From positions 2,622 to 66,621 of the forward strand of contig CAZHOK010000002.1 in NCBI GenBank assembly GCA_964534115.1: a DNA stretch of 64,000 nucleotides, in the 5' to 3' direction. The notes under the pieces were generated by a model, which was given only the letters and a program-made list of their open reading frames with translations, made no database searches and was not told where the DNA came from. This document shows positions 8,874 through 18,359 of the stretch, piece by piece. This DNA is from an uncultured Beijerinckia sp. Lineage in GTDB: Bacteria > Pseudomonadota > Alphaproteobacteria > Rhizobiales > Beijerinckiaceae. Positions within the stretch are counted from its first letter, which is position 1; each line of letters starts with the position of its first letter. The translations under genes and the position numbers were made by a program.

Positions 8874-11465
8874 ATGCGGGAGAGCCATTTGGTCTGGCGG
8901 TCGGAATCCAGCGGGACGCAAGAGCATCAGGTCGGCCTGAAGGCCCGGCTCGATCATCTGATTCGTCAGGCTGGAACCATTATGGCCTGGGAGCGGCTGT
9001 GGCCAGCCATCGCCCTGATCTTGGCCATTATCGGCCTGTTTCTGACCGTGTCCTGGGCCGGCCTCTGGATGGTCTCGCCGCCCTGGCTCCGCATGTCTGG
9101 CGTTGCTGTTTTCGCGCTGCTGCTGGCAGGGGCCCTGCTCAATCTGGCGAGGTTAAAATGGCCGGACCGGCGGGAGAGCCTGGCGCGGCTCGATCGCGAT
9201 TCAGGTCTTCGCCACCGGCCAGCGACCACGCTGGACGACAGGCTGGCGAACGAAAGCGATGACCAGGCCACACGCGCCTTGTGGGGCCTGCACCTCAACC
9301 GGGCAGAAAAAGACGTGTCCGGCATCCGCCTGCGCAACCCGGCGCCCCGCCTGGTTGAGCATGACCGATACGCCCTGCGCGCTTCTATCCTGCTGGCTCT
9401 CGTCGCAACCGCCTTTGTGGCGGGGCCGGAAAAATATCCACGTGTTCTGGCGGCTTTCGATTGGCGTGAAACCTCCGCTGCTGGGACACAGACTTCCCGG
9501 CTGGACGCATGGATCGATCCACCGCCCTACACGGGGCGGCCTCCAGTTGTCCTCAATGTCGGCGGCGAAAAAGCTCAACTGGACAAAACACCAATCCGTG
9601 CGCCCGCTGGCTCGATCGTGATCGTTCGGGCGTCCAACGGTTCTGGAATCACACCAAACGTATCGGGCGGATTGCAGCGGGCCACAGACGACACGGCCGC
9701 CGGAACCAAACCCGGCTCAACGGAAGAGCAGCGTTACATCCTTCGCGACAGCGGGCGGCTCACGCTGAAGCGTGCTTCGACGATCGTGTCTGAATTTGAA
9801 ATTGTCTCCATCCCGGATCAGCCGCCTAAAATCTCCTTGCGAGGCGAGCCGAAAAGCTCGAGCCGCGGCGCTTTGACGCTCGGTTATACGGTTCAGGATG
9901 ATTATGGAATCATCGGTGCAGAAGCGACGTTCGAAAAACCGATGATCAATGGTCGCGTCGTTGCAGGCCGCTCCTTGGTTGAGCCGCCGAAAATGATTCT
10001 TTCGCTGCCCGCTTCGCCCGGTGGACTGGGCGAGGGCGAAACAACGGGCGATCTTTCGGAGCATCCTTGGGCTGGTGCACGCGTCACGATGAAACTCGTT
10101 GCGCGCGACGAAGGCGGCAATGAGGGTCAAAGCGAAGCTTTCGAATTAACACTGCCGCAGAGAGCTTTTGTAAAACCTCTGGCGCGGGCGCTTGTCGAGC
10201 AAAGACGCAATCTCATCCTGGCTCCCGACGATCGACGGCGCGTGCAATTGGCGATGGACACATTAATGTTCGCGCCCGAAGAATTTTCGATCCCTGGCGG
10301 GATTTATCTGGGATTGCGCACGATCTCTCAACGCCTGCGTCAGGCCCAAAACGATCCCGATCTCATCAGTGTTGCAGAATTGATGTGGGAAATGGCGCTG
10401 CGGCTTGAAGATGGCGACCTCTCACAGGCGGAACGCGACCTTCGCGCCGCGCAACAACAATTGCGGGAAGCGCTCGATCGCGGCGCGACGCCTGAGGAGC
10501 TGAAGCGGCTTATGGATCAATTGCGCGCAGCGCTCGACAAATTCGTTCAAGAGCTCGCCGAACAAATGATGCGTGATCGTCCGAATGCGGACCGGCAACA
10601 AGATCCAAATGACAGAACGCTCACAATCACACCGCGAGATCTGCAGGCGCTGCTCGACCGCATGGAAGAAATGGCCCGCAATGGGAATACGGCAGATGCG
10701 CAACGCATGCTCGACCAGCTGCAGCGCCTGATGGAAAATCTGCAAAATGCCCAGCGCCGCAATCAACAGAACCAGATGTCGCGCGAAATGAACCGGGCAC
10801 TGAGCGAGCTTGATCGCCTGACGCGCGAGCAACAGCAATTGCGTGACGAAACTTTTCAGGACCGGCAGCGCCAAAATAGACGCGGGCAGAATGGGGAAGA
10901 GGCCGACGAGGAAGGCCAATCCCCTGAAGGGCAGCAGCAGCGCCAACAGGATCTCCAGCGCCGTCAGGAAGCGCTCCGCCAGCGGCTTGAGGATCTCCAG
11001 CGCCGGATGAAACAATTCGGCATGAAAGGCGAACAAGGCTTCGAAGAAGCCGAGGGCGCCATGCGCGAAGCCGAACAGGGCCTGGCCGAAGGCAATCCCT
11101 CAGGCAATGACAGGGCGGTCGATTCCCAGGGACGCGCCTTGGAAGCCCTGCGGAAAGGCGCTCAATCCATGGCGCAACAGATGCAACAGCAAGGGCAGCA
11201 AGGCGAAGGGCAGGCAGGCCAAGGCCCCGGCCCTGGCGAGCCGAACGGCCCTATGCGGGAGGGTCGGAACACGGCAGATCCAGATCCGCTCGGACGCGAG
11301 TCTCGCGATCGGACCTATAATCCGCAGAGCCGCTACGACCCGCTTGGCGGACCCGCATCAGAAAGAGCGCAGCGCGTTCTGGAAGAATTACGCAGACGCC
11401 TCGGCGATACATCTCGCCCACGTGAAGAAATCGATTATCTGGAGCGGCTGCTCCGCCGATATTGA
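8874..11465 (+). CDS. TIGR02302/DUF4175 family membrane-anchored coiled-coil protein
   Basis: N-terminal TM helices with WERLWP, HRPATTLDD, LDAWIDPPPYTG, a Gln-rich coiled-coil tail, DPDPLGR and YLERLL end. Lies downstream of lysA, as in rhizobia. Confidence 0.8.
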   Translation: MRESHLVWRSESSGTQEHQVGLKARLDHLIRQAGTIMAWERLWPAIALILAIIGLFLTVSWAGLWMVSPPWLRMSGVAVFALLLAGALLNLARLKWPDRRESLARLDRDSGLRHRPATTLDDRLANESDDQATRALWGLHLNRAEKDVSGIRLRNPAPRLVEHDRYALRASILLALVATAFVAGPEKYPRVLAAFDWRETSAAGTQTSRLDAWIDPPPYTGRPPVVLNVGGEKAQLDKTPIRAPAGSIVIVRASNGSGITPNVSGGLQRATDDTAAGTKPGSTEEQRYILRDSGRLTLKRASTIVSEFEIVSIPDQPPKISLRGEPKSSSRGALTLGYTVQDDYGIIGAEATFEKPMINGRVVAGRSLVEPPKMILSLPASPGGLGEGETTGDLSEHPWAGARVTMKLVARDEGGNEGQSEAFELTLPQRAFVKPLARALVEQRRNLILAPDDRRRVQLAMDTLMFAPEEFSIPGGIYLGLRTISQRLRQAQNDPDLISVAELMWEMALRLEDGDLSQAERDLRAAQQQLREALDRGATPEELKRLMDQLRAALDKFVQELAEQMMRDRPNADRQQDPNDRTLTITPRDLQALLDRMEEMARNGNTADAQRMLDQLQRLMENLQNAQRRNQQNQMSREMNRALSELDRLTREQQQLRDETFQDRQRQNRRGQNGEEADEEGQSPEGQQQRQQDLQRRQEALRQRLEDLQRRMKQFGMKGEQGFEEAEGAMREAEQGLAEGNPSGNDRAVDSQGRALEALRKGAQSMAQQMQQQGQQGEGQAGQGPGPGEPNGPMREGRNTADPDPLGRESRDRTYNPQSRYDPLGGPASERAQRVLEELRRRLGDTSRPREEIDYLERLLRRY

Positions 11466-11556
11466 GCTTTTCCTCTAGCCGTCCCCTTGCCGGAGCCGTG
11501 ACTGCGTTCTACTTGCGAGCAAGCTTCCCGGTCGGGGAATGCATAAGCAGGATCTC

Positions 11557-11748
11557 ATGCCCATTACCTTCTCGAATTATCTGGTCGCCGGTGCCGCTGG
11601 CGCTGTCGCAATCGTCCTTCTGCTTGGCCTCGTGAATATGATGCGCGGCGGCAGTGCGAATATGTCGCAAAAATTGATGCGCTGGCGTGTAGGACTGCAA
11701 TTCGTCGCCGTGATCATCATCATGATCGTTCTCTGGCTGCGCGGCTGA
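11557..11748 (+). CDS. HIG1-domain twin-transmembrane small protein
   Basis: Two TM helices with GLVNMMRGG..SQKLMRWRVGLQ. Conserved position upstream of pduO/etf. Confidence 0.8.
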   Translation: MPITFSNYLVAGAAGAVAIVLLLGLVNMMRGGSANMSQKLMRWRVGLQFVAVIIIMIVLWLRG

Positions 11749-11762
11749 CGGGAGTTTCGAAC

Positions 11763-12344
11763 ATGGTGGTACTCAACCGGATTTACACACGCACGGGCGA
11801 CAATGGCTCGACGGCCCTGGGCACGGGCGAGCGTCGGCCAAAATATGATCTTCGCGTCGAAGCCTATGGCACAGTGGACGAGACCAATGCGGCGCTCGGC
11901 ATGGCGCGGATTGCGACGGCCCCGATCGACCCCAAACTCGACGCCATGCTTGGACGGATCCAAAATGATCTCTTCGACCTCGGAGCCGATCTGTGCACTC
12001 CCGACAAGGGAGAAAAGCTCGCCTGGGAGCCGCTACGAATTCTTGAGGTCCAGGTTGAGCGCATCGAACGGGAAATAGACGAGCTCAATGCAGAGCTGGA
12101 GCCGCTCAAATCTTTCGTCCTGCCGGGCGGATCACCGGCCGCCGCTGCACTTCACCTTGCCCGAACGATCAGCCGACGAGCCGAAAGACTGATGGTGGCC
12201 CTCGCCGCCCAGCCTGACGAAAAAGTCGGCGAGCCGGCGCTCAAATATATCAATCGTCTTTCTGATTTCCTTTTCGTAGCATCTCGTTACGCGAATAAGG
12301 GTGGTGCTGGCGATGTCCTCTGGGTGCCGGGTCAGAACCGCTGA
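11763..12344 (+). CDS. PduO-type ATP:cob(I)alamin adenosyltransferase
   Basis: IYTRTGDNGST, RVEAYGTVDETN, QNDLFDLGADL, FVLPGG, RTISRRAER and YINRLSDFLF. Confidence 0.93.
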   Translation: MVVLNRIYTRTGDNGSTALGTGERRPKYDLRVEAYGTVDETNAALGMARIATAPIDPKLDAMLGRIQNDLFDLGADLCTPDKGEKLAWEPLRILEVQVERIEREIDELNAELEPLKSFVLPGGSPAAAALHLARTISRRAERLMVALAAQPDEKVGEPALKYINRLSDFLFVASRYANKGGAGDVLWVPGQNR

Positions 12345-12478
12345 AAACTGGGTTTTGGCAGCGCAGCAAAGAATTGACTCGGTCTGGGGCGGCAAGTACC
12401 AAAAAGCCCATCACGAGCGCAGCTTTTCATCCGACATGACGCGCCGCCTCCAGCTGCGCAGGCTCAGGGAGCCCAAAC

Positions 12479-13228
12479 ATGAAAATCCTCGTTCCCGTCA
12501 AGCGGGTGGTCGATTACAACGTCAAGATCAGGGTGAAGCCCGACGGATCAGGCGTTGAGCTCGCCAACGTCAAAATGTCGATGAACCCCTTTGACGAAAT
12601 TGCCGTCGAGGAGGCCCTCCGGCTCAAGGAAGCTGGGAAAGCAACTGAAATCATTGTGGTTTCGATCGGCCCGGCGCAAGCGGCCGACACAATCCGGACC
12701 GGTCTTGCCATGGGCGCGGACCGCGGCATTCTGGTGAAGCAGGATACGAGCGTCGAGCCGCTCGCCGTGGCGAAAATTCTGAAAGCCATTGTTGAAGCCG
12801 AGGCTCCCGGTCTCGTCATCATGGGCAAACAAGCCATTGATGACGATTGCAACCAGACAGGCCAAATGCTCGCGGCCCTGCTCGGATGGGCACAGGGGAC
12901 TTTCGCCTCCAAGGTGGAGCTCGGCGAAAAAAGTGTCGATGTGACCCGTGAAGTCGATGGCGGCCTCCAGACCGTCACCTTGCAGCTTCCGGCAATCGTC
13001 ACCACCGATTTGCGGCTCAATGAGCCGCGCTATGCTTCCCTTCCCAACATCATGAAGGCGAAGAAAAAACCGATCGACGAAAAATCACCGGCCGATTTTG
13101 GCGTGGATGTCTCGCCGCGGCTCAAGGTGATCAAGACCTCCGAACCGGCCAGCCGAAAGGCCGGCGTGAAGGTCGCCGATGTCGCCGAGCTCGTCGCAAA
13201 ACTCAAAAACGAAGCGGGAGTGCTGTAA
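12479..13228 (+). CDS. etfB: Electron transfer flavoprotein beta subunit
   Basis: [40 protein letters not shown] and LRLNEPRY. Confidence 0.96.
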   Translation: MKILVPVKRVVDYNVKIRVKPDGSGVELANVKMSMNPFDEIAVEEALRLKEAGKATEIIVVSIGPAQAADTIRTGLAMGADRGILVKQDTSVEPLAVAKILKAIVEAEAPGLVIMGKQAIDDDCNQTGQMLAALLGWAQGTFASKVELGEKSVDVTREVDGGLQTVTLQLPAIVTTDLRLNEPRYASLPNIMKAKKKPIDEKSPADFGVDVSPRLKVIKTSEPASRKAGVKVADVAELVAKLKNEAGVL

Positions 13229-14169
13229 TGCCAACGCTGCTCCTTGCCGATCTTGCAAACGGAAAACTGGGCGAAGCAACAGCCAAGGCCCTCACCGCCG
13301 CCCGCGCGCTGGGCCGTCCGGTTCACATATTGGTCGCCGGTGCCCAGGCCAGCGAGGCCGCCCAGTCTGCGGCAATGCTGGAAGGCGTGGAGAAAGTCTT
13401 GCTGGCAGATGCCCAGATGTTCGCTCACGGGCTTGCCGAACCTCTTGCGGCGCTTCTGGTCCAGTTGGCAGGGCCCTATGAGGCCATCGTGGCAGCCGCC
13501 ACGACAACCGGAAAGAATGTTCTGCCGCGCGTGGCCGCCCTTCTGGACGTGATGCAAATATCCGAAATAACAAAAGTCATTGCGCCGGATGTTTTTGAGC
13601 GTCCCATCTATGCCGGCAATGCCATACAGACCGTTCAATCGACCGATCCGAAAAAGGTCATGACCGTCCGTACCTCGACTTTCGCCGCCACCGGACAGGG
13701 TGGATCTGCTCCCATCGAGGCCATCGCACCTGCCGACTTCCCTCAAAACTCAGCTTTCAAGGGAGAGGCCCTGGCTGTCAGCGACCGCCCTGAATTGACC
13801 TCGGCGAAAATCATCGTGTCCGGCGGGCGCGCCATGCAAAGCGCGGAAAATTTCAAAACCTATCTTGAGCCCATGGCCGACCGCCTCGGTGCGGCCCTGG
13901 GAGCATCGAGAGCCGCTGTCGATGCGGGATTTGCACCCAATGATTGGCAAGTCGGACAAACCGGAAAAGTGGTCGCACCCGATCTTTACATCGCGGTCGG
14001 CATTTCAGGAGCGATCCAGCACCTGGCCGGTATGAAGGATTCAAAGGTCATCGTCGCCATTAACAAGGACGAAGACGCGCCGATCTTCCAAATTGCCGAT
14101 TATGGGCTCGTGGCGGATCTTTTCACCGTGATCCCTGCCTTGACTGCTGAATTGGAAAAGAAAGCCTAG
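13228..14169 (+). CDS. etfA: Electron transfer flavoprotein alpha subunit
   Basis: [31 protein letters not shown] and [11 protein letters not shown]. Overlaps the etfB stop. Confidence 0.96.
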   Translation: MPTLLLADLANGKLGEATAKALTAARALGRPVHILVAGAQASEAAQSAAMLEGVEKVLLADAQMFAHGLAEPLAALLVQLAGPYEAIVAAATTTGKNVLPRVAALLDVMQISEITKVIAPDVFERPIYAGNAIQTVQSTDPKKVMTVRTSTFAATGQGGSAPIEAIAPADFPQNSAFKGEALAVSDRPELTSAKIIVSGGRAMQSAENFKTYLEPMADRLGAALGASRAAVDAGFAPNDWQVGQTGKVVAPDLYIAVGISGAIQHLAGMKDSKVIVAINKDEDAPIFQIADYGLVADLFTVIPALTAELEKKA

Positions 14170-14240
14170 GGCCGACTGGACGCACGCCGAACATAGCCTA
14201 TGATCGCAAGAGAGACAGTGAGCTGAGCGACGGTAAACTT

Positions 14241-15122
14241 ATGAGCATGGACATCCGTAAACTTGGCGTAATCGGCGCCGGCCAAATGGGCAGCGGCATT
14301 GCGCAGGTCTGCGCGCAGGCTGGCATCGAAGTCATGCTCAATGACGTGTCGGAAGATCGCATCAACGCTGGTCTTGCCACGATCAACGGCAATTTTGCCA
14401 AGCTTCAGGCCAAAGATCAGATCAGCGATGCTGACCGGCGCGCTGCTATGCAGCTGATCCACCCGGCTGTTGCTTTCGAGGCCTTTGCCGATTGCGACCT
14501 CATCATTGAGGCTGCTTCGGAGAATGAAGAGGTCAAACGGAAAATCTTTACGCGGCTCTGCCCTGTGCTGAAGCCAGAGGCGTTGCTCGCCTCCAATACC
14601 TCATCCATTTCGATCACCAGGCTTGCATCGGTCACGGATCGGCCAGAGCGCTTCATCGGCATTCATTTCATGAACCCGGTCCCGCGCATGCAGCTTGTTG
14701 AGCTCATCCGCGGCATTGCAACCGAGGATGCGACATTCGAATCCTCCCGTCGATTTATTGGACGTCTGGGAAAAACATCGACTGTCTCGGAAGATTTCCC
14801 GGCCTTTATCGTCAATCGAATTCTTCTGCCGATGATCAATGAGGCGATCTACACGCTTTATGAGGGTGTAGGTTCGGTCGAGGCCATCGACACGGCCATG
14901 CGGCTTGGGGCAAACCACCCCATGGGACCCTTGCAGCTGGCCGACTTTATCGGGCTCGATACCTGCCTCTCGGTCATGCAGGTGCTTCACGAAGGGCTCG
15001 CCGATTCGAAATATCGCCCCTGCCCCCTGCTGGTGAAATATGTCGAAGCCGGCTGGCTTGGCCGCAAGACCCAACGCGGCTTCTATGATTATCGGAGCGG
15101 AACCCCTGTCCCGACTCGCTGA
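14241..15122 (+). CDS. hbd: 3-hydroxybutyryl-CoA dehydrogenase
   Basis: GVIGAGQMGSGIA, LASNTSSISIT, GIHFMNPVP, GFIVNR-like PAFIVNRILLPMINEA and GANHPMGPL. Confidence 0.92.
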   Translation: MSMDIRKLGVIGAGQMGSGIAQVCAQAGIEVMLNDVSEDRINAGLATINGNFAKLQAKDQISDADRRAAMQLIHPAVAFEAFADCDLIIEAASENEEVKRKIFTRLCPVLKPEALLASNTSSISITRLASVTDRPERFIGIHFMNPVPRMQLVELIRGIATEDATFESSRRFIGRLGKTSTVSEDFPAFIVNRILLPMINEAIYTLYEGVGSVEAIDTAMRLGANHPMGPLQLADFIGLDTCLSVMQVLHEGLADSKYRPCPLLVKYVEAGWLGRKTQRGFYDYRSGTPVPTR

Positions 15123-15254
15123 TCGGAGCTATCCCCGATTGGTTTCGGAGAATTGGTTTTCACGCCTTCACAAGACTGTCATTCCAACGATAGACTAATC
15201 CCGCGTGGGTGATTTGGTCCGGCGCGTCCGGGCCTTCCTAACGAGGGGTTCGGC

Positions 15255-15824
15255 TTGACGATTCATTTCCAGCCGATGGTTTCGCCGGAAGCATGTCCGG
15301 CACTGGTACTCAACGCGGACTTCCGGCCGTTGAGCTACTATCCGCTGTCGTTATGGTCCTGGCAGGACGCGATCAAGGCGGTCTTTCTCGATCGGGTCAA
15401 TATTGTCTCCGAATATGACAAAATGGTTCGAAGTCCGAACTTCGAAATGAGACTCCCTTCAGTTGTCTCGCTCAAAACTTACATCAAGCCGACACGACAA
15501 CCAGCTTTCACCCGCTTCAACGTCTTTCTTCGTGACCGCTTCAGCTGCCAGTATTGCTCATCCCACGAAGATTTGACCTTCGACCATGTGATTCCAAGAT
15601 CAAAGGGCGGACTGACCACTTGGGAAAATGTTGTCGCCGCATGTTCAGCCTGCAATCTGCGCAAGAGCGATCGCCTGCCTCATGAAGTGCAGATGTGGCC
15701 CGCACACAGGCCTTTTCAACCAAGTGTGAACGACCTGCACCAAAACGGTCGGCTCTTCCCACCAAATTATCTCCACGAAAGCTGGGTCGATTACCTTTAT
15801 TGGGATTCCGAACTCGAGCCCTGA
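15255..15824 (+). CDS. Stand-alone HNH endonuclease family protein
   Basis: LVLNADFRPL, NVFLRDRFSCQYC, LTFDHVIPRSKGG and WENVVAACSACNLRK (zinc-finger HNH). TTG start. Confidence 0.88.
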   Translation: MTIHFQPMVSPEACPALVLNADFRPLSYYPLSLWSWQDAIKAVFLDRVNIVSEYDKMVRSPNFEMRLPSVVSLKTYIKPTRQPAFTRFNVFLRDRFSCQYCSSHEDLTFDHVIPRSKGGLTTWENVVAACSACNLRKSDRLPHEVQMWPAHRPFQPSVNDLHQNGRLFPPNYLHESWVDYLYWDSELEP

Positions 15825-15862
15825 GCACTTGCATGCGGATGGATGCGATTTAAACTGCATTC

Positions 15863-16378
15863 ATGCTTCCACGCCTTATCATCACATGTGTCGGTCTCGC
15901 TTGCGCCAGTGCGGCAGGACTCGTTTTCCTGCCGCTCGCCGTTATTTTCGATCCATTGGTGCAATTGCTCACGAGCGATACGGCGGCCGATCACTGGTTT
16001 GAGATTCTCTCAGGCGTTCTGACCGACGAAGATCCCGAAGAGGCAATAGAAGCCCTCTTCCACCTTCTGTGGACGATCGGCATGTTGATCTGTGTTTTGC
16101 CAGTCACCATCGTTGCCTTGATTGGTGGCATTGTCCGCACGGGAAGTTTCGCCTTCTACGCCGGCCTCACAGGATTCATCGCAGCTGCAGTACCCTGGAT
16201 TTTGCGAGGAGGTCGACTCGCTGAACGAAGCGCCTCGATTTCAGCGGCAGAAGCGCATTTGACAGTGATCCTTTTCATCACCGGAGTGATCGCAGGAACG
16301 ATCTACTGGCTCATTGCAGGACGGGCGCGTTCGAAGGGAAGTGAAAAAGGTTGGATGGCGTCCTATCGCAACGGATAG
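15863..16378 (+). CDS. Hypothetical integral membrane protein
   Basis: 171-aa ORF with about 4-5 hydrophobic helices; no family recognised. Confidence 0.6.
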   Translation: MLPRLIITCVGLACASAAGLVFLPLAVIFDPLVQLLTSDTAADHWFEILSGVLTDEDPEEAIEALFHLLWTIGMLICVLPVTIVALIGGIVRTGSFAFYAGLTGFIAAAVPWILRGGRLAERSASISAAEAHLTVILFITGVIAGTIYWLIAGRARSKGSEKGWMASYRNG

Positions 16379-16896
16379 GCCGCTTCGACAAGATAGGGGC
16401 CGCCACCAATCGAATCCCGAGACGAATAAAGAACGAAGCGCGACGCCAGAAACTTGCTGGTTTCAAAAATGCCACGGGCACCAAGAAAGGCTGCAGCATC
16501 GGAAGGCGTCGTATTTTTCAAACGCGCCAAAGTGATGTGCGGAAAGAATTTGCGGGTTTCAGGGATCATCCCAAGCCGTCTCGACAATCTTTCCTGCTCG
16601 GATTGCAGCTGGCTGAGTGCCAATGAATCTTGAACATGCGCGACCAGAGCACGCGGCTTCTCGTTACCTAAAATCGTGAGGCCATCGATGACGACCTCAA
16701 ATGAGGCCCGGTCAATCTGATCAAGCGAAAATGCAATTTCGCGGGCCAAAAGATTGTCGACATCACCGATAAAGCGCAAAGTGATATGGTAATTTTCAGG
16801 CTCGACCCAACGAGCGCCGGGAAGTCCGCCCTTTAACAAGGATAATCGGGAAGAAAGATGAGCCGGAATTTCAAGCCCCGTAAACAGGCGCGGCAT
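16363..16896 (-). CDS. thpR: RNA 2',3'-cyclic phosphodiesterase (2H phosphoesterase)
   Basis: MPRLFTGL start and two HxT motifs (YHITLRFIG, PHITLARL). Confidence 0.92.
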   Translation of the reverse strand: MPRLFTGLEIPAHLSSRLSLLKGGLPGARWVEPENYHITLRFIGDVDNLLAREIAFSLDQIDRASFEVVIDGLTILGNEKPRALVAHVQDSLALSQLQSEQERLSRRLGMIPETRKFFPHITLARLKNTTPSDAAAFLGARGIFETSKFLASRFVLYSSRDSIGGGPYLVEAAYPLR

Positions 16897-16930
16897 GCGC
16901 TTGTTCCTTTCCTGTCTTGAACATCTTCTT

Positions 16931-17659
16931 TCAGGGCATTGCTTTTTCGAGGAATGATTTCACGCTCGGCAGAATGGATTTGACGATATGTTCAACGCCC
17001 ATGCGGTTTGGATGTATTCCGTCGTCAAGATTCAATGCGGCATTTCCAGCAACACCTTCCAGAAAGAAAGGATAGAGAGGAATACCGTGTTTGGCAGACA
17101 GATCGGGATAAATGGCGTTGAATTTTTCTGTATATTCGCGCCCAAGAGAAGCTGAGGCCAACATGCCGGCAAGCATGACCTTGATGCCTCGGCTCTTCAA
17201 TCGGGTGATCATTTCATCGAGGGCTTTTTTAGTGATCGCCGGATCAGTGCCTCGCAGCATGTCATTGGCACCAAGCTCGATGAGGACGGCATGCGTGCCA
17301 TCAGCCACGGCCCAATCAAGACGCTCCAGTCCGCCGCGCGCCGTATCGCCGGAGACACCAGCATTGATGACCTCAACCGCCATACCCGCTGCCCGCAAAG
17401 CCCTCTCAAGAACGCTTGGAAAGGCGGCATCCTGTGGCAGCAAATAACCGGCAGAGAGGCTGTCCCCCAGAACAACAAGCTGCAAGGGCTGTGTAGAGGC
17501 CCGCGCCGGGATCGCCACAGTGGCGAACATAAGGGCCGCGGCAAGCAGCCGCACCGACCATCGGCATGCGCTCGATAGTGATTGGCGGATTGCAGATCGA
17601 TGCCCATATGTGATGGGCGGTGCAGCAAGGCTGCGCCAGAATATGCGGAAAAGGTTCAT
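16931..17659 (-). CDS. Arylesterase / TesA-like SGNH hydrolase
   Basis: GDSLSAGY block I, NAGVSGDT, ELGANDMLRG and DDGIHPN. Divergent from ybbA-like ABC genes. Confidence 0.9.
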   Translation of the reverse strand: MNLFRIFWRSLAAPPITYGHRSAIRQSLSSACRWSVRLLAAALMFATVAIPARASTQPLQLVVLGDSLSAGYLLPQDAAFPSVLERALRAAGMAVEVINAGVSGDTARGGLERLDWAVADGTHAVLIELGANDMLRGTDPAITKKALDEMITRLKSRGIKVMLAGMLASASLGREYTEKFNAIYPDLSAKHGIPLYPFFLEGVAGNAALNLDDGIHPNRMGVEHIVKSILPSVKSFLEKAMP

Positions 17660-17663
17660 CTCT

Positions 17664-18359
17664 ATGGTCGCACCGGCAATTTCATTGCGTGACGTTCACC
17701 TAAGTCTGGGGCGTGGGGCGGCTCGTGTCCATATTCTCAAGGGAATTTCAATCGATATTGCGCGCGGTGAAGCAGTTGGCCTCGTGGGGCCCTCTGGCTC
17801 GGGCAAGTCGACGCTGCTGATGACCATGGCGGGGCTCGAACAGCCCGATACCGGTTCCATCACCATTGATGGGGAAAATCTCGGTGGCCTCGATGAGGAC
17901 GGTCTTGCGCGGTTCCGGGGCGCCAAGATCGGAATTGTCTTTCAGTCCTTTCATCTGATCCCGACCATGACTGCTCTCGAGAATGTCTCGATACCTCTGG
18001 AGCTGGCAGGGTGCCGGGATGCATTTGACCGCGCTGCTGCAGAGCTGGAACTGGTTGGGCTTGGCAACCGGCTTGGTCACTATCCCTCCCAACTGTCAGG
18101 GGGAGAGCAGCAGAGGGTCGCGCTGGCCCGGGCCATAGCTCCCAATCCTGCAATTTTGGTGGCGGACGAGCCCACCGGCAATCTGGATGAAAGCACCGGC
18201 CAGACAATCGTCGAGCTCATCTTCAAGCTGAAGCGTGAGCGTGGCTCAACCCTTGTTTTGGTAACGCATGATTCTGGCCTGGCAGCGCGATGCGATCGTC
18301 AAATCCGGCTGAGATCAGGCGTGATCGACCAGACAATGGCGACGGAGGCAGCTCAATGA
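17664..18359 (+). CDS. ABC transporter ATP-binding protein (YbbA-like)
   Basis: GPSGSGKST, LSGGEQQRVALARA and ADEPTGNLD. Likely ATG at 17664. Confidence 0.92.
   Translation: MVAPAISLRDVHLSLGRGAARVHILKGISIDIARGEAVGLVGPSGSGKSTLLMTMAGLEQPDTGSITIDGENLGGLDEDGLARFRGAKIGIVFQSFHLIPTMTALENVSIPLELAGCRDAFDRAAAELELVGLGNRLGHYPSQLSGGEQQRVALARAIAPNPAILVADEPTGNLDESTGQTIVELIFKLKRERGSTLVLVTHDSGLAARCDRQIRLRSGVIDQTMATEAAQ

Noticed and set aside
10420-11300. CAG-rich tandem repeats
   Set aside because: Explained by the Gln-rich coiled-coil tail of the TIGR02302 protein; not a DNA repeat element.
15255-15824. HNH as part of a Cas9/IscB, restriction system or homing element
   Set aside because: Only 189 aa, with no RuvC motifs, repeats, methylase or intron context.
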